Source: Fimbriosthenelais zetlandica
Taxonomy: Eukaryota
NCBI GenBank assembly: GCA_977030845.1
Contig: OZ365118.1
Span: 18,290,001 to 18,354,000 of the forward strand
DNA: 64,000 bases
Direction of reading: 5' to 3'
Positions 60,501 through 64,000 of this stretch are shown here, piece after piece. The notes under the pieces were generated by a model. That model had not been told where the DNA came from. It searched no databases and saw only the letters and a list, made by a program, of their open reading frames with translations. Within the stretch, counting starts at the first letter, position 1. Each line of letters starts with the position of its first letter. Made by a program: the position numbers and the translations under genes.

Positions 60501-63293
60501 AGAGATGTAACACAATACGTAGGCCTACCCTCAATACTGAAGCAATTGACTGAAGTCATGTAAGAGTCCAGTGACTTGATTCCTTTCACAACCAAGCTCC
60601 ACCATGGCAGCTGTCCCTGTGTTATGTAAGCTATAGATATGACAGATCACGTGGTTCAGACTAAACATGACCTCTCATCTCGGGTTCCTGTTCTTGTACT
60701 TTTGAAGTTTCTGTCAGTCTTTCTGTTTAAAAGTTTGTGTTCACCTGTCGTCGGCTTGTCCTCTCTACATACAAGTATGACCATATCATATTGCATCCCC
60801 GACCCACGTGATCATAATTCCCACTCTCTCTACCTTTTACTTTTACTAGATTTACCTCGGGGACCCACTAAACAAACTTACAAAATTGTCAGAATTACTT
60901 ATGTGGTAGGTATCTTTGTCTGACCTTTGCCCAGTTTGGTTGGCCACGTTTAACCCAATTTGATCCATATCAAGCCTGAAAATATCAACTTTCTGATATT
61001 TCTCAATTGGATAACAACCGGTTCATCAGTCGGGTTTGTGTGAACTTGGTTTAAGTGGGTCCCGGGCAGATAATAGAGCACCTGTAAGTAAAGACAGATG
61101 TACAAACTGAGCATAGCCCCCAGCCCTACAGGACTGCGAGCCTCTATATATTATATGTCACTTTATGAAATGTGTACATATAGTATATCTGGCGCCATGG
61201 ACAGAGGTTAAAATGAGAGGCCTGGGAGGGGAGGGGAAGGCCTGGGAGGGGAGGGGAAGGCCTGGGAGGGGAAGGGTGGGAACGGAAGACTGGCACCAGA
61301 GTGAAGGTCAGAAACTGTGGAACAAGTGGCCGCGGGGCATAGAACCATCTTGTACGACTGCAAAACGGACCATTACCATGGCTCTAGGCAATGCTGCGTC
61401 CTCACTAACCATTATGGGACTTCCTGACTCAACATGTATTTAAGAAATTAAAAAGTCTTGTAGGTTAAGGTCAAGACTTTTCCTGAATGGATGGATTCAT
61501 TACAGTTCTGTTTGCCTAAAGGCAAGAAATACAATTGGGTGGTCACTTAACTTTTCTTTCAAAATATTTTTGAATGCATACGGTAATTATTTCCTGTGAG
61601 GTAGGCATATAGACATAATTAAATCATGGATTATGGACAAAGTCTTTTGGGTGATTGTGAAGGCAGGAGGGGGGTCGTTTAATTGCAATATATAAGCTTA
61701 AAAAGGGGGAGGTTCATATTTTCCGTGACAATACCCAAACATTATAATAATGTACCCCCCTCGAGGGTAAGACAATACCGTCAGTGGGGCATGACTATAG
61801 CCTCCCCTACACGATATCAAGGTGGTTAAACCATTAAACACCGCCCGCACGGGCATGTCATGCTCTTTTTGAGTACATACATTTAAACATGCATCTAACC
61901 ATGACGCTAACGCCCCGTAACCTTGACAAGATTTATTTGTAGAGAGGACACCAGTCTTTGTAGAGATGATACCTTTATTTGTTCAGACGGGACCAAAGGG
62001 CTGACCTGGAGACAACTTTATACTAATTGGACGCCAGCTGGTCCTTCCCTGTCTCTTTAATACTATATTTTATGGTTATTTTTAGGGAATCGTTATATTT
62101 TGAATTTGGGGATATTGTATACATTTAACTTTAAGGCATATATTGAGTCCTATCACAAGCCTCGCATGCATGACAGTTGCAGTATGGGGCTGATTTATAG
62201 GAGCAGTCTAATGACAAGTTGATGACTGCAGCCATAAATTCATTCCTATACATCTGAGATATCCGCCATTGTCAACATTACATCATACACTAAGCCTCCA
62301 CCTGAGACGAGCCACCCATCACTCGGACATCTCATTGTCCGTGCTCAGTTAGACAATTAGTAATGGGGAGGGCCTGAGGGCCGGTACTTGTAGGGGTAGG
62401 GGGTAGATGTTATGGGGTTAAGGGTCATTTAAACCCCATCTCTCCACACGCCAAGTGGAGGTCAACCGCCACCTCAGCCACCTGGTCTGTGTGCGGCGTG
62501 ATAAGACATGGAACCGTTTGAATTTGAATCATCCAACTACTGCAGACCAGCTGTATAGGCATTTTATTTTAATCAAGCGATGAAATATACTTTTCTGATA
62601 GATTAGCGTAAGACAATAAATAGCAAACATGTAAGTAGATCGATGGATATCTAAATCTATTAAATTAATTGATATCGCATTAGAATAACATATTGAATAG
62701 TATTAGCAGCTTTGTATCTAAAGCCTGTCTTATTGAATGAAAGAGATCACAAGATTTTATCAATGCTGATCAGAAGCTTCCATAATTAAACAGTATGATA
62801 CTCTATAATTATATAGTACCCTATTTTATAATTAGGAATACTATGACATAACTTCCTTGTCTTGTTTACAGATTTGTTCCCTTTCATTTAGTCTCAGTGA
62901 CAGACAAGGAAAGGCTCCCAATTAAAGGGGACGTAGACAGGTCGTGTACACCCCTTTAAATTAAAGATGAAAGACGTGGTCAGTCAAACTGCCCATTCAC
63001 ACCTGTCCACCTACCTGTGTGTCTTGGTAGAAGATGTGGAGATGGCTGAGGTCCTGGTTACCATGGTAACCTGAGGCTGTGGTCATTGTGTGTCCACGGG
63101 TCACGTTATAGCCCTTACTCCTCAAGGCTGACCGGACCCCCTCCAACTGAGCCCTACCCCTCCCCTCTCCCTCCCCCACTTTCTCCCCAGTCAATGGCAC
63201 CAAGACCAGCACATCAAACTCTACTGTGCCGCCTATAGCCTGTCTTATAAATACACACATCATAGAGATAATCCAGAGTCTGTGGTAATCCAT
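50329..63293 (-). CDS. GABA-B receptor-like class C GPCR (orphan, diverged), 14 coding exons, 3531 nt = 1176 aa plus stop
   Basis: Signal-peptide-like N terminus, Venus-flytrap-like DTQCD and GEISFDKHGRR, and 7TM motifs IKMTSPNINLIILLG, GSLFAKAWRVFFIF, IPWAVVDP, C...WL...LK..LL.G, LRDAK, FVPK. A coiled coil follows. All introns are GT-AG with consistent phases. Confidence 0.92.
50490..50700 (-). repeat. Coding 30/36-bp tandem repeat encoding (H)HDYNHHQSHSP units
   Basis: Within the last GPCR exon; about five units. Confidence 0.9.
51715..51906 (-). CDS. GPCR exon 13 (juxtamembrane tail, start of coiled coil)
   Basis: ttgacag acceptor, gtaagt donor, 64 codons. Confidence 0.9.
51943..52190 (-). 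repeat. Tandem duplication of the GPCR exon 12 end and intron start
   Basis: 26-nt identity at 51943 and 52094; 22-nt identity at 52033 and 52148. Confidence 0.88.
52148..52474 (-). CDS. GPCR exon 12 (TM5-TM7, FVPK)
   Basis: tttcag acceptor, gttggt donor, 109 codons. Confidence 0.93.
52765..52893 (-). CDS. GPCR exon 11 (TM4, PWAVVDP)
   Basis: tttcag acceptor, gtatgt donor. Confidence 0.93.
53063..53170 (-). CDS. GPCR exon 10 (TM3, FAKAWRV)
   Basis: ctcacag acceptor, gtgagt donor. Confidence 0.95.
53278..53410 (-). CDS. GPCR exon 9 (TM2, IKMTSPNIN)
   Basis: ttttacag acceptor, gtaagc donor, GABA-B signature motif. Confidence 0.95.
53593..53743 (-). CDS. GPCR exon 8 (TM1)
   Basis: tttcag acceptor, gtaaaa donor; IPLVVLVVMASLAFLGLMYTAAIFTFNI. 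Confidence 0.92.
53842..53935 (-). CDS. GPCR exon 7 (GEISFDKHGRR...)
   Basis: ctttcag acceptor, gtaggc donor. An alternative same-phase donor (gtgaat) lies 30 nt earlier. Confidence 0.82.
54179..54391 (-). CDS. GPCR exon 6 (RYNDVLIN...AAFAFDA...QTLAT)
   Basis: gttcag acceptor, gtgagt donor, 71 codons; AFDA resembles the AYDA motif. Confidence 0.88.
54523..54753 (-). CDS. GPCR exon 5 (ESKSRVVVV...LPTAK)
   Basis: ttttcag acceptor, gtatgg donor, 77 codons; RYVWVV resembles the GABA-B YVW motif. Confidence 0.88.
55067..55162 (-). CDS. GPCR exon 4 (MRPGLGDY...LPVLLQ)
   Basis: ttctgcag acceptor, gtatga donor, 32 codons. Confidence 0.78.
55324..55485 (-). CDS. GPCR exon 3 (VLFDIAPS...KPDSQE)
   Basis: ttgtag acceptor, gtata donor, 54 codons, stop-free. 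Confidence 0.8.
55621..55776 (-). CDS. GPCR exon 2 (CDRAQED...RQNLPQ)
   Basis: tttcag acceptor, gtaagc donor, 52 codons. Confidence 0.88.
61219..61276. repeat. 20-bp G-rich tandem repeat x2.9 in GPCR intron 1
   Basis: ggcctgggaggggaggggaa units. Confidence 0.9.
63015..63293 (-). CDS. GPCR exon 1 (signal peptide and start of Venus-flytrap domain)
   Basis: ACC ATG G Kozak context; MDYHRLWIISMMCVF...FYQDTQ; cag|gtaggt donor; joins CD of the next exon to give DTQCD. Confidence 0.85.
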
Positions 63294-64000
63294 GGTCAGT
63301 TAGTAAATCCTGGATTTAATCTGTATCTATAGATGGGGTTAGGTTAGTGTGTATATTGGTTCATCTACTCCGGCAGGTGCTGCCTTTATGTCATGTTTGA
63401 ATCATGGTAACCGTTAATGGTTGCTGGTGCATGGACAAACAATTATAAAAGTCACAATATCTCACAGACGTGCATAGCTCCTGCTACTTGACAAGAGGCT
63501 ATATAGTTGATTAACAATACCGGGAACTTCCACCAAATGTGTGTGGTATTAGTTAGTGTTATAATTTAGTTAAAGCTGCATGGACTGTAATCATCCATTC
63601 AATGGTTCTTCTTCATTGGTTCCTCCTGTCGCTCAAGCGTGTCCTGTTTGAAATGCTCCAGGCCTGTTTATCATGGACTTGGAGAAATATACAATATAAA
63701 TTTGATGGGAGATATATGTTAATGCTCATTAGATCTCGGCTATAAATCTTATCATTTCCTGGAATCATTTATGAGTTCAGAATGTGTCACTTAATATCTC
63801 CTTGACTTTCTTCTGTTTAAAATTCCAAAATTCCATAGAAATACTTGATGACAATAGTAGTGTGAGTAGATGTTGTCCTGTTTAATGTGTATTCCCGGTG
63901 TTTAGGTTTGAGGTTTAGTTTCCTCACGTTTTCTGTGACTCTGTGTATTATCACTGATTCTGCCTCACGTGTGTGTGTGTACACACCCACACATACAATG

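Noticed and set aside
61326-61390. Minus-strand tRNA-like stretch (TGGTAATGG...GGTTCTATGCC)
   Set aside because: I could not form a convincing cloverleaf; the stems do not pair.

Overview
Animal (probably invertebrate) nuclear DNA with GT-AG introns and many microsatellites and short tandem repeats; no prokaryotic features or CRISPR arrays. Two genes could be rebuilt by hand with consistent splice phases. (1) A + strand otopetrin-family proton channel (about 45010-48861; 589 aa with the proximal first exon; 5' end ambiguous) with unusual substitutions at residues normally conserved in the pore. (2) A - strand 14-coding-exon GABA-B-receptor-like class C GPCR (63293-50329; 1176 aa) with a highly diverged Venus-flytrap domain, a coiled coil, a His-rich repeat tail and a C-terminal PDZ-type motif. 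The two genes are convergent, with 1467 nt between stop codons. I found no intact gene in the first ~45 kb. That region holds a dispersed family of decayed, protein-coding-like fragments that I cannot assign to a known family, one degenerate tRNA-like element, two small inverted-repeat elements and several transcription-factor motif clusters. All alignments were done by eye; no database search was possible.
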